From the NCBI GenBank assembly GCA_026397205.1, contig JAPLVH010000014.1, positions 1 through 51,477 of the forward strand: DNA of 51,477 nucleotides. The letters run 5' to 3'. The notes beneath the pieces are model-generated. The model searched no databases. It was not told the origin of the DNA and saw only the letters and a list, made by a program, of their open reading frames with translations. Positions 38,835-50,400 of this stretch are shown piece by piece (position 1 is the stretch's first letter; every line of letters begins with the position of its first letter). Source of the stretch: Candidatus Berkelbacteria bacterium. Lineage in GTDB: Bacteria > Patescibacteriota > UBA1384 > XYA2-FULL-43-10 > CAINNR01. The translations under genes and the position numbers were made by a program.

Positions 38835-39025
38835 TCGATTTTTTTATTTTGGTCTCAAATTTGGGGAAAAAATATGCTCCAGCATAAAAATTCCCCACTT
38901 ATTGAAATACGGTATCTGTGTCATTAGGTGTGAAAAAGTAGCTCCAGCTACTTTTTCACACCAAATGTTTTTTCTTTTCTGGACTGGATTTTTTTGACAA
39001 AAGATTTCAGAAATAAAAACTCACA

Positions 39026-40113
39026 CTATGATATAAATGGTCGCCAGTGGAGCGTTTCGCCGGCAGCAAACGGCACAACCGGAACATCGGAAGTTTCTGA
39101 CAGCACTTGCCAGTTTACTTTGACCAATTTTATTTTTTGCTTCGTCGGTTTCAACCGATAAAAATTTTCTGCGTTTCGGCAGGCAAATTTCTCCAGCCGA
39201 TTTTGCCAATCGCCACCCGACTGTGAAAAGAGTTCGACCAGAATTCCATAAGATACATCCGGCGGCAAATAAATCCCCGGCGGCGGACTTGAACTCTCTT
39301 TCTTCTCGCGTCGGTGCGGGGCGGAATCACTGCCAAAACCAAAACACTTTTCGCCTGACAATATCGCTTCAAGAATTGCAACACGATCTTCTGGACTTCC
39401 GAGAGTCGGTTTGACGAAAAAATGGGAATCAACTTTGCCTTTAGCTAAATAATCCGCAGAAGTTTTCATTGCGTGATGAACTGTCAGCGTTCCAAAAATC
39501 CGGCTGGTTTTTGATTTTTCTCTGACATATTTTACACCGAAGCTCGAGCAATGTGCTCCAAAACAACCAATAAATTCGGAAAATTCTGCATTAATTTGTC
39601 GGTGATTGACATAAAACCGCCGTCAAAAACAAACGGATCGTCGCAGTGAATCAAAAGCGGCATTTGGAGTCGCTCCATTTTTTTAAGAACGGCGAGAAAT
39701 TTTCGGCTGGAAAAATCGGAAATTGTTTCAACCGCATTTGTCTGGCACGATGCCGGATAAACTTTGCCGGCGAAAACTCCAGATTTTTTTCCTTCTTCGA
39801 TAATTGCCGACGTTGTTTTCTCTGTAATTTGAATCGTCAGCAAAAGTTCTGGCAAATCGTCGCTGACACCGGTAATTCTCTTTTTGTAGATTGTTGCTTC
39901 ACCGGCAGTTCGAACCGGCGGATTTGTATTTGGCATAACAACGACTCGGCTGAAAAGCGAAAGCCCATCTGTCGTCACCGATCCCAACATTTCAGTTTCC
40001 AAAATATCTTCCGACTTGTCACCTTTTGGCACCGGATGACCGCGTAAATGTCGGTGACAATCAAAAAACTTCGGAATCTCGATAATAAATTTTTTCGATT
40101 TTTTCGGTTTCAT
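39026..40113 (-). pseudogene. pyrC: Dihydroorotase (E. coli-type), frameshifted near 39537
   Basis: DCHRHLR, VMPN..PP, KVYPA, VLEHI in frame 1; TLTVHH, KP.L, GSDSAPH...KE in frame 2. Confidence 0.8.
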
Positions 40114-40203
40114 TACTTTCAGAATAACAGATATTTTTGGAAAAAAAAGTAAAAAAACACGGAGCCGAGGAACGGCTCCGTTTGTAGCTTTGTGACAGTG
40201 CAA

Positions 40204-40470
40204 CTACGCTACGATCTGGACACTGTCGCTTGGGAAGTCGACGACCGGTATGCCGTCAACCGCCATTTCCCAAGCCGGCACCAGACCTTCGTATTGGTTT
40301 GTCCCGCCGAGTCGGTTGCGGACGGCGGCGAGGAAGTCGTCGTGGGCAACATGGCACTGTCCGTCAGCGACTTCACTCCTGACAGACATGCCGGTCAAAG
40401 CAGTCAACATGTCGTGCGGCACTTGCGGCGTTGAAATCCTCGGGACTTTGGAGATAGTGACCACTTGCAT
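40204..40470 (-). CDS. 88-aa orphan, visibly GC-rich (cassette)
   Basis: TTGACA-17-(TGC)TATAGT, AGGAGG SD, terminator acggagccg-ttcct-cggctccgt followed by T-run. Confidence 0.75.
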   Translation of the reverse strand: MQVVTISKVPRISTPQVPHDMLTALTGMSVRSEVADGQCHVAHDDFLAAVRNRLGGTNQYEGLVPAWEMAVDGIPVVDFPSDSVQIVA

Positions 40471-40655
40471 CGCTGTCCTCCTTTTGTAGGTTGTCGTACA
40501 CACAAAAACTATAGCAGATTGACTTTTAGTTGTCAACATTTTCGATAAAAAAACCGCCGGCATTTTCAGCCGACGGTTCTTTTATTCTTCGAGAGAAGCG
40601 AGAAGTTCAACAAATTTTTTAGTTCTCGCTGATAGTTTTCAGCTCGAACAATATA

Positions 40656-42290
<1,635 letters not shown>

Positions 42291-42384
42291 TCATAAAATA
42301 ATAGTTTAGGATTAAGATCTCAGAATTTCTTAAATAGATTCCCTTCCACAATTCTTAATTCTGCATTCTTAATTCTTAATTGAT

Positions 42385-42660
42385 TTATAAGATTCCCAAA
42401 ATTTCTTTTTCCTGCACAATTTTATACTCCTTGCCGTCAATCTTGACTTCCTCGCCGGCATATTTTCCAAACAGAACTTTGTCGCCGACTTTGACTGAAA
42501 ATTTGTATTCTTTGCCGCCAACAAGTCCGCTACCAATAGCCAAAACCGTGCCTTCTGACCTTTCCTCTCTGGCGCTGTCGGGGATAATAATTCCCGATTT
42601 TGTCACTTCCTCCGCTTTTAGCAGCTCGATAATTACTCTGTCCCCAAGTGGCTTTAACAT
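42385..42660 (-). CDS. groS: Co-chaperonin GroES
   Basis: LKPLGDRV, TKSGIIIPDSA.E, VKVGDKVLF.KY.G. Confidence 0.98.
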   Translation of the reverse strand: MLKPLGDRVIIELLKAEEVTKSGIIIPDSAREERSEGTVLAIGSGLVGGKEYKFSVKVGDKVLFGKYAGEEVKIDGKEYKIVQEKEILGIL

Positions 42661-42934
42661 TTGACTCCTTTCAGTCGTCCCCTTACTAAATTACAAATAA
42701 ATCCACGAAATTACGAAAATACAAATAAAATCTTATTTCGAATATTTGTAATTTCGTAAGGGACGTGTATTTTTTATTGTAAAGCAAACTTTACATTCTT
42801 GTCAAGGATTTGTCATTGCGAGCGAAGCGCGGCAATCTTTTCAGAAACAAAAAAGGACATCTGCCCTCATTGATTTTATCTTACCACATTTTTTCAAATA
42901 AAAAAAGGCGAGACTTTTTGTCTCGCCACGAGAA

Positions 42935-43264
42935 CTAATCAGTCGAACACATGAGATAGATTCCTGGGAGCATCGCCAAGATACACAGCGCAAAACCCGA
43001 GATTTCGGAGTTGTTAAGAAAGTTTTCTTTGGTTATTTTTCGGGAAACAATTCTTGGAATCAGCGAGAGACAAAATCCGACAAAAACAATGGCGAGGCAG
43101 TCAAGGAGATATAAACTGAAAGTCGCCGGCTTGAATTGCATCGCAGGAACGTAATTCCATCCCCACTGACCAAAAAGAATAAAGGACACAAAAAGAAAAA
43201 CTCCACCTACAATTCCCAAAACGGCACATCCTTTTTCATTTTTTTGACTCTTTGCCGTTTCCAT
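42935..43264 (-). CDS. Small 3-TM orphan membrane protein (cassette)
   Basis: TTGACA-17-(TGC)TAAGTT, GGAGGTGA SD, terminator ggcgagac-aaaaa-gtctcgcc plus T-run. Confidence 0.8.
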   Translation of the reverse strand: METAKSQKNEKGCAVLGIVGGVFLFVSFILFGQWGWNYVPAMQFKPATFSLYLLDCLAIVFVGFCLSLIPRIVSRKITKENFLNNSEISGFALCILAMLPGIYLMCSTD

Positions 43265-43382
43265 CTGCCTTTCACCTCCGTGGTTTCTCGAACAATATCA
43301 ACTTAGCAAAAAAGATTTTTAATGTCAAAGAAATCTGTTCAAGTATGCAACGGCCGTTTAATATCTGAACAGATTTGAGATC

Positions 43383-43440
43383 AAAAAAACCGCCACGGGC
43401 GGGCGGAGGTTGGCAGCCCGGAAGGGGGAACCGAGCCGCC
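43383..43440 (-). ncRNA. Candidate ~58-nt small RNA with C-rich loop
   Basis: TTGACA(43475-70)-17-(TGC)TAAAAT(43452-47), then a 10-bp stem with loop UUCCCCCUU, linker AACCU, GC hairpin and U7; no ORF. Confidence 0.6.
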
Positions 43441-43471
43441 AGTTTTATTTTAGCAAGCGGACAAAATTCTG

Positions 43472-45079
43472 TCAACGGTCAAGATCGTAAATTGCCGCCG
43501 TTTGATCGCGGTAAATTGGCGAAGGCAAGCCACTCGAATCGGTGACGGCCGGAAAAATCAAATAACGAATTTGATATTGATTTCTGAGCGCCGAATAATT
43601 TTTCTCATCAATCAAATTGAAAATTGCCGCATCTTTTTCGCTGACACTCGTCGGCAGGCGTGAGATGTATCCGCCGACCAGCGGCTTTTGGTAAATTGTT
43701 TGGAAGTAAAGGGCAGATGTTGGCGTGTCAAGCAAATCAACGACGGCGCCGGCTGGAAGTTCGGCTAATTTTTGAACAAAATCCGGCGCGGCGGCTTTTG
43801 TCAGCGGCAGTTTCGCCGGCCAAAGCTCGACAAACATTAGGGCAAAAATCAAAAACAAAATTATCTTGCCGGAGATTTTTTTTGTTTGAATTTTCCCAAC
43901 AACGATCGCCAAAACCAACGACCCGGCAAGCATTGATATCACCATCATTCTGACCGGCGTGCCGCCAAGATTCAAAAACGGCAAAATTCTTGTCGCCAGC
44001 GAATACGGCAGCGGAATATCGCTGACAATTTTTCCGCCGATCTGTAACCGCGGACCGAAACTCAAAATACCAAAGATAAAAAATATCCACAACCAGAGCG
44101 CCAAATCACTACCACGAAATTTTTTGTAAGCGAAAATTGCCGCCAAAACCGCCAGCCAAATTATGATGCCGACCGAAACGCTTCCCTCAACAATCCCGAG
44201 CGGATTTTTCGTCCAGTAGCTTGCCGTTAGCGCAGCGAAGTGCCAAATCTGACCGGGAATTATCGCCGCCGGCAAATCCAGAGAAAACTCCAGCGCTTTG
44301 TGAACGCCAAGAAAAGTATCGCGCCAGTTGGCGAAAAAAATCAACAGCGACAGTGGCGCGACAATTAATGCCGACAAACCGACGAAAATCGCATAGTTTT
44401 TTTGGGCAAAATTTGACCACAGAAGTCGCCGCAAAACCAAAAGATAAATTATTATTATGCCAGCGACGATCAAGCAAAAAATCAAATAATATAAATCGGA
44501 AAATTCGACCAAAAAAAGCGTGACGGCAGAAAAAATCGCCAGCGGGATTGTCGGTTTTTTTAGCAGTCGCCAGAAACAGAGCAGAAAAAGCGGAATGAAT
44601 TCCAAGGTAATCAAATTCAGGTGGCCGATGGCGTGAGCGAAGTGGTAGCTGGAAAAGGTCAAGGCAAAACCGGCGAGAAGTCCGCCGATATACGATCGGG
44701 AGAACTCCCATGCGAGCCAAAATGTAAACAAACCGGTTAGAACGAAAGCCAAAATTACGATCAAATTATAACTTTGGACCAGTGAAAAAAATTTCAGCAG
44801 GATGACGGCAAAAATTCCGTTAATTGGATTTAAGGTCTGGGCCAAAAGCGTCGTACCGCCGGGAAAGTGGAGAAAGTTGGTGAAATAAATGTTTTGTTGA
44901 TGCTGAACGGCAAAATTCACCCACCAAAGATTCCAAACATTTTGCAAACCGTCGCCGGTGTCGGCAAAAAAAGCGCTGGAAAAGTGCGTCGTCCACGGCC
45001 AAGTGTAGAAAACAAAAAATGCCAGATAAAATAGTGCCGGCAGGATTCCAAAGAGAAAGATTTTTCGATATTTTTTCAT
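43472..45079 (-). CDS. Polytopic membrane protein, GT-C/YfhO-like glycosyltransferase
   Basis: GD..QN.WNLWW, F.PGG..L, many TMs, LSFGP, P.RM, PLVGGYISR. Confidence 0.7.
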   Translation of the reverse strand: MKKYRKIFLFGILPALFYLAFFVFYTWPWTTHFSSAFFADTGDGLQNVWNLWWVNFAVQHQQNIYFTNFLHFPGGTTLLAQTLNPINGIFAVILLKFFSLVQSYNLIVILAFVLTGLFTFWLAWEFSRSYIGGLLAGFALTFSSYHFAHAIGHLNLITLEFIPLFLLCFWRLLKKPTIPLAIFSAVTLFLVEFSDLYYLIFCLIVAGIIIIYLLVLRRLLWSNFAQKNYAIFVGLSALIVAPLSLLIFFANWRDTFLGVHKALEFSLDLPAAIIPGQIWHFAALTASYWTKNPLGIVEGSVSVGIIIWLAVLAAIFAYKKFRGSDLALWLWIFFIFGILSFGPRLQIGGKIVSDIPLPYSLATRILPFLNLGGTPVRMMVISMLAGSLVLAIVVGKIQTKKISGKIILFLIFALMFVELWPAKLPLTKAAAPDFVQKLAELPAGAVVDLLDTPTSALYFQTIYQKPLVGGYISRLPTSVSEKDAAIFNLIDEKNYSALRNQYQIRYLIFPAVTDSSGLPSPIYRDQTAAIYDLDR

Positions 45080-45735
45080 CTTTTTTTCGGATGAAGCCGA
45101 AGTTCGTTTTTCTCAACAACAAAACGATATTTATCCATTTTGAACATCAAGCGACTTTCAACGACACTTTTTTGGATTTTGAATTGGACATTTTCAATAA
45201 AATCCCCGAACCAACCGTAGAAAAAAAGCTCGCCGATTTTTTGAATTGATGATAATTTTTTTGATGACTTGATCGGAAAGATTTTTTTGATTTGATTAAC
45301 ATTTTCCTGACTTTCAATTTTGACATCATAATCTTTCAGCCAGGAATTTTCGGCCAGGATTTGCTCGAAAATTCCGCCGCTGTCCCAAAGATTTATGATA
45401 TGGCGGTGAAAACCGGCGCAACGCCGGTCGTGCGGCAAAATGTCGAGTTTGTCGGACGGAAGTGAAAAATTGAGGCAGAATTTTCCGGCTGGATTTTTGT
45501 CATAAACTCGACGTTTATTGCCGGACAAAATCGCCAAAATTGTCACAAAAAAACGCGCCGTGTAAAGCCGCTTCGGGGCGCTGATGATCAAAAGATCAAT
45601 GTCGGATTTTTCGCTCGCCGCACCGGTCGTCATCGAGCCGGTCAAAATCACCGCCCGAACTCCGGGAGCAGTTTGAAGCGATCTGACAAACGATTCCATT
45701 TTTTTCAATCGGCGATCTAATAGTTCAACTTCCAT
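45076..45735 (-). CDS. Nucleotidyltransferase-domain protein
   Basis: LTGS...SDIDLLII, KFCLN. Confidence 0.8.
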   Translation of the reverse strand: MEVELLDRRLKKMESFVRSLQTAPGVRAVILTGSMTTGAASEKSDIDLLIISAPKRLYTARFFVTILAILSGNKRRVYDKNPAGKFCLNFSLPSDKLDILPHDRRCAGFHRHIINLWDSGGIFEQILAENSWLKDYDVKIESQENVNQIKKIFPIKSSKKLSSIQKIGELFFYGWFGDFIENVQFKIQKSVVESRLMFKMDKYRFVVEKNELRLHPKKR

Positions 45736-45765
45736 TATTTTAAACTTTTAGCTTTTCACTTTTAA

Positions 45766-47604
45766 CTATCCAGCTGGTGGCATAGCCGCCACTGGATCCG
45801 CCGGCGGTCCAACCTGCCACTGCTCCGGCAAGGCAACATAATGCGAAAGAAAATCGGTTGACTGTAAGATTGTGCCACTCAAAATAACCTGGTAGTGAAA
45901 TTTCGCCGAAGCACCTTGATGGGCGTGAGAAATTAAATTTCGCGTTCCCGCCGGCAGTGTCGGATCCAAGGTCTCAACCGGCGATGGCGGTTCGACATAA
46001 TCAAAACCGCTTGCCGCCCCGATCGTTATCTGCCGATCATCTTTAGTGCCATAAAATTCAAAAGTTAATTTTGTCCCGACGATGACCGACTGAATGAAAA
46101 TGTAACTCGAGTAGTTGTTGACAAATTTGAAATCCGGCGACGGATCGTAAATTGTTGCGTCCATGCCGATCGGCGGCTCATAATAGGAAACGCGATAAGA
46201 GTGATTTTGCCGCTCGGTAATTTTCATTCCGGCGTTAAGCGCCGCCCGAAAAAGTGTCGTCGAAACCTGACAGAGTCCGCCGCCGTAATCCGGCACGGTC
46301 TTGTTGTCTTTGATCACCAGCTCCGGCAAATATCCGGTTGAGGCGTTGATTTTGCCCAAATGCCCAAGTGTCGAAAACTCCTCGCCCGGTTTGAGCAAAG
46401 TTCCATTGATCGCTGTCGCGCCAACGCCGATGTTGTGAATCCGATTTGCCGGCGACTTGACAAAATTTGTCGTGCCACTGGCGACCAATTCGGTCAAGCC
46501 GTAAGATTTCAATTTTGTTGAATCAATTTCCGGCGCAATTTGATCAACTTTTAGAGTAATTAATGGTAGTTGTGTTTGATCAATCCGGTCGAGAATCGCC
46601 GCCGAAATTGTTGCTGTCGCCGCCTCACGATCCAACTTGGCGCCATTTTGCGACTGGTTGGAAACAGCAACCTGGCCGTTAACGACGGTCAAAACGGCGT
46701 TGCCGGCTGGTGTGTCAACCGCGGCGGCAAAACCGGCGACCTGCTTTTGGACTTGGTCGGGCAGAATATAAATCTCCAGCTCCTTGCCCTTCGGTCGCGA
46801 ACCGATCAACCCGGCAATCGAATCAACATCAAGTGTGAAATTTTTGCTGTTGGCGGCCAATGCCAAATTTCCCCCAGCCAAAATCCGGTTGGCGTCGACC
46901 AAACTTTTGTTGGCATTCTCCTCGGTAATCTGCGGCGGATATTTTTCGGTCTTAAAATCAACTTCCGCCATTTTGATTTTTGATCTTTGATCTTTGATTT
47001 CGTCAATCAAGTTTCCTTGATTGACGCGATTCCCTTCCTGCTTCTCGGTTGCTAATGTAAATTTCCCGCCACCGGCATACGCAAGCGAAAAATCCTTTTC
47101 CGGAATATCAATTCCGGCGGCAATCTCGGCAATTTTCGTCGCCAACTTATCGGCGCTAATGGAATAATCGGCGTCAACTTGATATTTGAACAACAAAGTT
47201 TTTGCCTGCTGATAAAAACTTATCAGCGGATTTTTCGCTCGGCCGACAGCAAAAACCATGTTGGCGGTTTCTTCAACATTATATTTCAAATCAATGTCGG
47301 AATTTTTTATTGTAAATGGCTTCGAATCGCCGGACTCCGGTTGATATTTTAGATTGATGTCAGCGGCTTCGGCTAACGATAATATCGGCGTCAAGATTTC
47401 TGTAACTTGTTCGTGACTTTTACCGCCGACATTTGCCGAGCCGACATAAATATTTCGATAAGTCGTTTTGCCGTAAGCCAAGGAATAAATTCCCAAAATT
47501 ATCAAAATAAAAACCAAAAAACTACCGACAAAAATTGTCGGCCATTTGATTTTCTTCCACAGGCGAATCCTTTTGGACTCTTGTTTTTCCTTTTTCTGCG
47601 CCAC
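45766..47604 (-). CDS. VanW-family protein with peptidoglycan-binding repeats
   Basis: N-terminal TM, NRIHNI, LKPGEEFS, GGGLCQVSTTLF.A, ER.NHS, G.DATIY.P..DFKF.N. Confidence 0.92.
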   Translation of the reverse strand: MAQKKEKQESKRIRLWKKIKWPTIFVGSFLVFILIILGIYSLAYGKTTYRNIYVGSANVGGKSHEQVTEILTPILSLAEAADINLKYQPESGDSKPFTIKNSDIDLKYNVEETANMVFAVGRAKNPLISFYQQAKTLLFKYQVDADYSISADKLATKIAEIAAGIDIPEKDFSLAYAGGGKFTLATEKQEGNRVNQGNLIDEIKDQRSKIKMAEVDFKTEKYPPQITEENANKSLVDANRILAGGNLALAANSKNFTLDVDSIAGLIGSRPKGKELEIYILPDQVQKQVAGFAAAVDTPAGNAVLTVVNGQVAVSNQSQNGAKLDREAATATISAAILDRIDQTQLPLITLKVDQIAPEIDSTKLKSYGLTELVASGTTNFVKSPANRIHNIGVGATAINGTLLKPGEEFSTLGHLGKINASTGYLPELVIKDNKTVPDYGGGLCQVSTTLFRAALNAGMKITERQNHSYRVSYYEPPIGMDATIYDPSPDFKFVNNYSSYIFIQSVIVGTKLTFEFYGTKDDRQITIGAASGFDYVEPPSPVETLDPTLPAGTRNLISHAHQGASAKFHYQVILSGTILQSTDFLSHYVALPEQWQVGPPADPVAAMPPAG

Positions 47605-47809
47605 TATTTTTGGGTTATTGCGTCTGTCATCCCCGTGCAGACGGGAATCTACTTATAGTTACTATTTTGGATCCCCGTCTTCACGGGGATGACAAAGAGT
47701 ATGTCTACTATTATATTACCTTCACCACCACTCCCGCGCAAGGGGTTGACAATCGTCTATTTTTATGCTAAAATGTTGAAGTAAATCCAGAACCGAAAGG
47801 GATGATCAA

Positions 47810-48160
47810 ATGGCGTCCGCTTCCAACACTGCGAACAATCATGAAGATCTGGAGGGCTACCCGCAGTACACCATTGACGACATCGTAGACCTCTTCGATG
47901 GACATCGAATTGGTCCCGGTTGGCCTGATGCTCCGTCAAGCAGGATCATTGAACAGCTCGTGGCGATAGGCGTCAGGCGTTGTGCCAGCTTGTATTACAC
48001 CTTGCTCGCGATGACATATGCCGGACAACTCGCACCTGAGGTAACAGCAGGCACGACACCGTACTTTGGCGCGGTGATGGTCGATCTAACGGAAGCCATC
48101 ACGCGACTCGGCGGGACTGTCATCCCGATGAAGGATGTCATCCTTCCCGAAGGGACATGA
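47810..48160 (+). CDS. Orphan, GC-richer than host genes (cassette)
   Basis: TTGACA-17-(TGC)TAAAAT, AAAGGGA SD, terminator gcgactcgg..ccgagtcgc plus T-run. Confidence 0.75.
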   Translation: MASASNTANNHEDLEGYPQYTIDDIVDLFDGHRIGPGWPDAPSSRIIEQLVAIGVRRCASLYYTLLAMTYAGQLAPEVTAGTTPYFGAVMVDLTEAITRLGGTVIPMKDVILPEGT

Positions 48161-48284
48161 CAACGCGAATCCTGAGGGGCGACTGGTAAGTTTTCACATC
48201 GACATTGCGACTCGGCTAACCCCCGAGTCGCTTTTCTTTTTGTTCGCTGTTAGCTGTTAGTTTGTTCGCCGTCCATTTGTGGCA

Positions 48285-48485
48285 TTAGTTCCCAAGAATC
48301 TGATTTAGTAGCTCTTTCGCCGTCTTTTCATCATCAAATTTCAATTTCAACTGGATTATATCCCCGACTTTCGCACCGGCCGGCAAAAAAGTTTTGGGTA
48401 ATTTTATTTCTTTGTTACCATAAACTAGAACGATCTCCTCGCCCTCGATTCTTTCAAAAGTTAGTTTCGATTCGTTATTCGTCAT
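48285..48485 (-). CDS. DUF3006-like small protein
   Basis: FERIEGE..VL...LP...LP.GAK.GD.I. Confidence 0.75.
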   Translation of the reverse strand: MTNNESKLTFERIEGEEIVLVYGNKEIKLPKTFLPAGAKVGDIIQLKLKFDDEKTAKELLNQILGN

Positions 48486-48504
48486 TAGCCATTTGGACTA
48501 TTCG

Positions 48505-50145
48505 TCATCCATTCCTGACGAGAGCTTTAAACCACCGACTCTGTAATATCAAATAAGCGATGAAAACAATTGTGATTATGAGCAAAACCAAAAGCCTGAC
48601 TCGAAGTTGATATTCGCTCTGAACAAATGGGATTAGCAAGATTGCGACGATGGTAAAAAGTTCGGCTATTTTGATTTTGTCCGAGAAAATCGCGGCGATT
48701 ATTCCACCGACGGCAAATCCACCAAGCGCCAACGGTCCGAGAATTATTCCGACCGATATTGGTAAAGCAATTGTCATCGACAAAATTAAATTTTTGTTTT
48801 GCTTGTCATTGCGAGCGGAGTGAAACGGAGCGCGGCAATCTTTTTGATAGATTGCTTCGTTCCTCGCAATGACGAGAGAAGCAAGATAATAAAATCCGCC
48901 GGCACCGAGCAAAAGTCCGGCTAAAAGATGCGGATCGGCAAGAGTCAAATTGGTCCCAACAATCTTTTGACTAAAAATTATTCCGAAACCGATAATTAGG
49001 CCGATCGAGCCAAATTGCCAAAAATTCTTGAACCGAACCGTGGCATGGTTTAGTTGGGAAAAATCAGAAATAGCAATTTCCGCCGTCTTGGCAATTGTTT
49101 TTTGCCCACTTTCAAAATCCAAATAGCTGTTTCGAACGAGAGAAATTAGGAAAATTGGGCTGGTAGAAATTAAGGCAATGGCAACTCCAAAATATCCTAC
49201 AAGAAAATATCCGAGCCAAATTGCTCCAGCCAAAATCAACGGCGCAATTATTTTGTCATTGCGAGGAGGCTTTGCGACGTGGCAATCTTTTTGATGGATT
49301 GTGTCGTTCCTCGCAATGACCAAAGTCAAAATTCCGGCGACGACACCGACGATAACGGTGAGAAAAATTCTCACGGATGGAATTTCAGCCGGAAGCAAAA
49401 ATCGGCTGGAAAAATATCCGGCGATGATTATCAGAATTGCGCTAATAGCCGAGATTTTAAACCAAAAAGTTTTTTGATTCCCGATTCTGGCTAGCAAGTT
49501 GGCGATAACGACGCTGATTGCGCCGGCGGCAAAAATTACTAAGGGAAATTGCAACACAAGATTATTTGCTGGATAAAAAATTTTGGCGATTAAAATTGCG
49601 ATGACTGGAAGCGAAATTAGCGACGATTCGAGCGCGCCGCTGGCGATGGCGATGATCGTCGCACCAAGCGCCAAAGCGACGAGAGGATAAAAATCGCTGA
49701 AAATTAAAGTTGTGCCGAGAACGGCAATAATTGTGATCGCAACTGGAAAAATTGCGACAAGAAGGCTGACGTTTCGGGAGATTTTTTTGGCGACATTTTC
49801 CTTCCCGGATTTGAGTAGTGCAACCGATCTGCCGGCGATAACTGATGTGAATCGCATCCAGAAAAAACTCGAAATGATGATGGAAATTACACCAACGACG
49901 AAAGAAATTGCTGCTTGCCAGCTGATTAAGTATAAAATTGCAACCGTGACGATTGCCAACAGCGGAGAAAGATCTTTAGCTGACTTCCAAACTTCGGCCG
50001 ACTTTGTTTTTTCAAAACTATTGGCGGCGTCCGAAAGATTTTTTGCCCCAGTCGACATTTTTTTTACCGACCGAAACTTCAAAATCCCTATTATCATCCC
50101 CACTGCTCCCAACCCAAAAAACGAAATGATTTCGATGTTGCGCAT
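48505..50145 (-). CDS. Degenerate membrane-bound pyrophosphatase (HppA)-like protein
   Basis: TM succession resembles HppA (KMSTG..., AISFVVG, LADPHLLAGLLLG, P.SVGIILGPLALGGF..G), but the DVGADLVGKVE, DNVGD and GDTVGDP motifs are absent. Confidence 0.55.
   Translation of the reverse strand: MRNIEIISFFGLGAVGMIIGILKFRSVKKMSTGAKNLSDAANSFEKTKSAEVWKSAKDLSPLLAIVTVAILYLISWQAAISFVVGVISIIISSFFWMRFTSVIAGRSVALLKSGKENVAKKISRNVSLLVAIFPVAITIIAVLGTTLIFSDFYPLVALALGATIIAIASGALESSLISLPVIAILIAKIFYPANNLVLQFPLVIFAAGAISVVIANLLARIGNQKTFWFKISAISAILIIIAGYFSSRFLLPAEIPSVRIFLTVIVGVVAGILTLVIARNDTIHQKDCHVAKPPRNDKIIAPLILAGAIWLGYFLVGYFGVAIALISTSPIFLISLVRNSYLDFESGQKTIAKTAEIAISDFSQLNHATVRFKNFWQFGSIGLIIGFGIIFSQKIVGTNLTLADPHLLAGLLLGAGGFYYLASLVIARNEAIYQKDCRAPFHSARNDKQNKNLILSMTIALPISVGIILGPLALGGFAVGGIIAAIFSDKIKIAELFTIVAILLIPFVQSEYQLRVRLLVLLIITIVFIAYLILQSRWFKALVRNG
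48805..48873. repeat. GTCATTGCGAG...CTCGCAATGAC palindromic element, in-frame insert (69 bp)
   Basis: 11-bp terminal inverted repeat, inner GCAATC/GATTGC. Confidence 0.9.
49255..49320. repeat. Second in-frame copy of the same element (66 bp)
   Basis: gtcattgcgagga...tcctcgcaatgac; intergenic half copies at 13751-13776, 35333-35373, 42812-42838. Confidence 0.9.
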
Positions 50146-50400
50146 AATTTCCTTCTATTTTTAATAGTCGTAAAAACTTCCACAGATCAATTGTCACTAA
50201 TAGACACTAATAAATCATCAAAGCAAGATTTGTGTTGATTAGTGTTGGTGGATCTGTGAGTGTTTATACTTCCTTTCTGTAATATCACCTGAATCGTAGC
50301 AGAAAAAAACTATTCCGAAAAGTATTGACTTTTTTGATTTTTTTTGATATAATGTTTATGCACTCAAGCTGAGTGACACCCAGCCCAAGGAGGCGGACAA

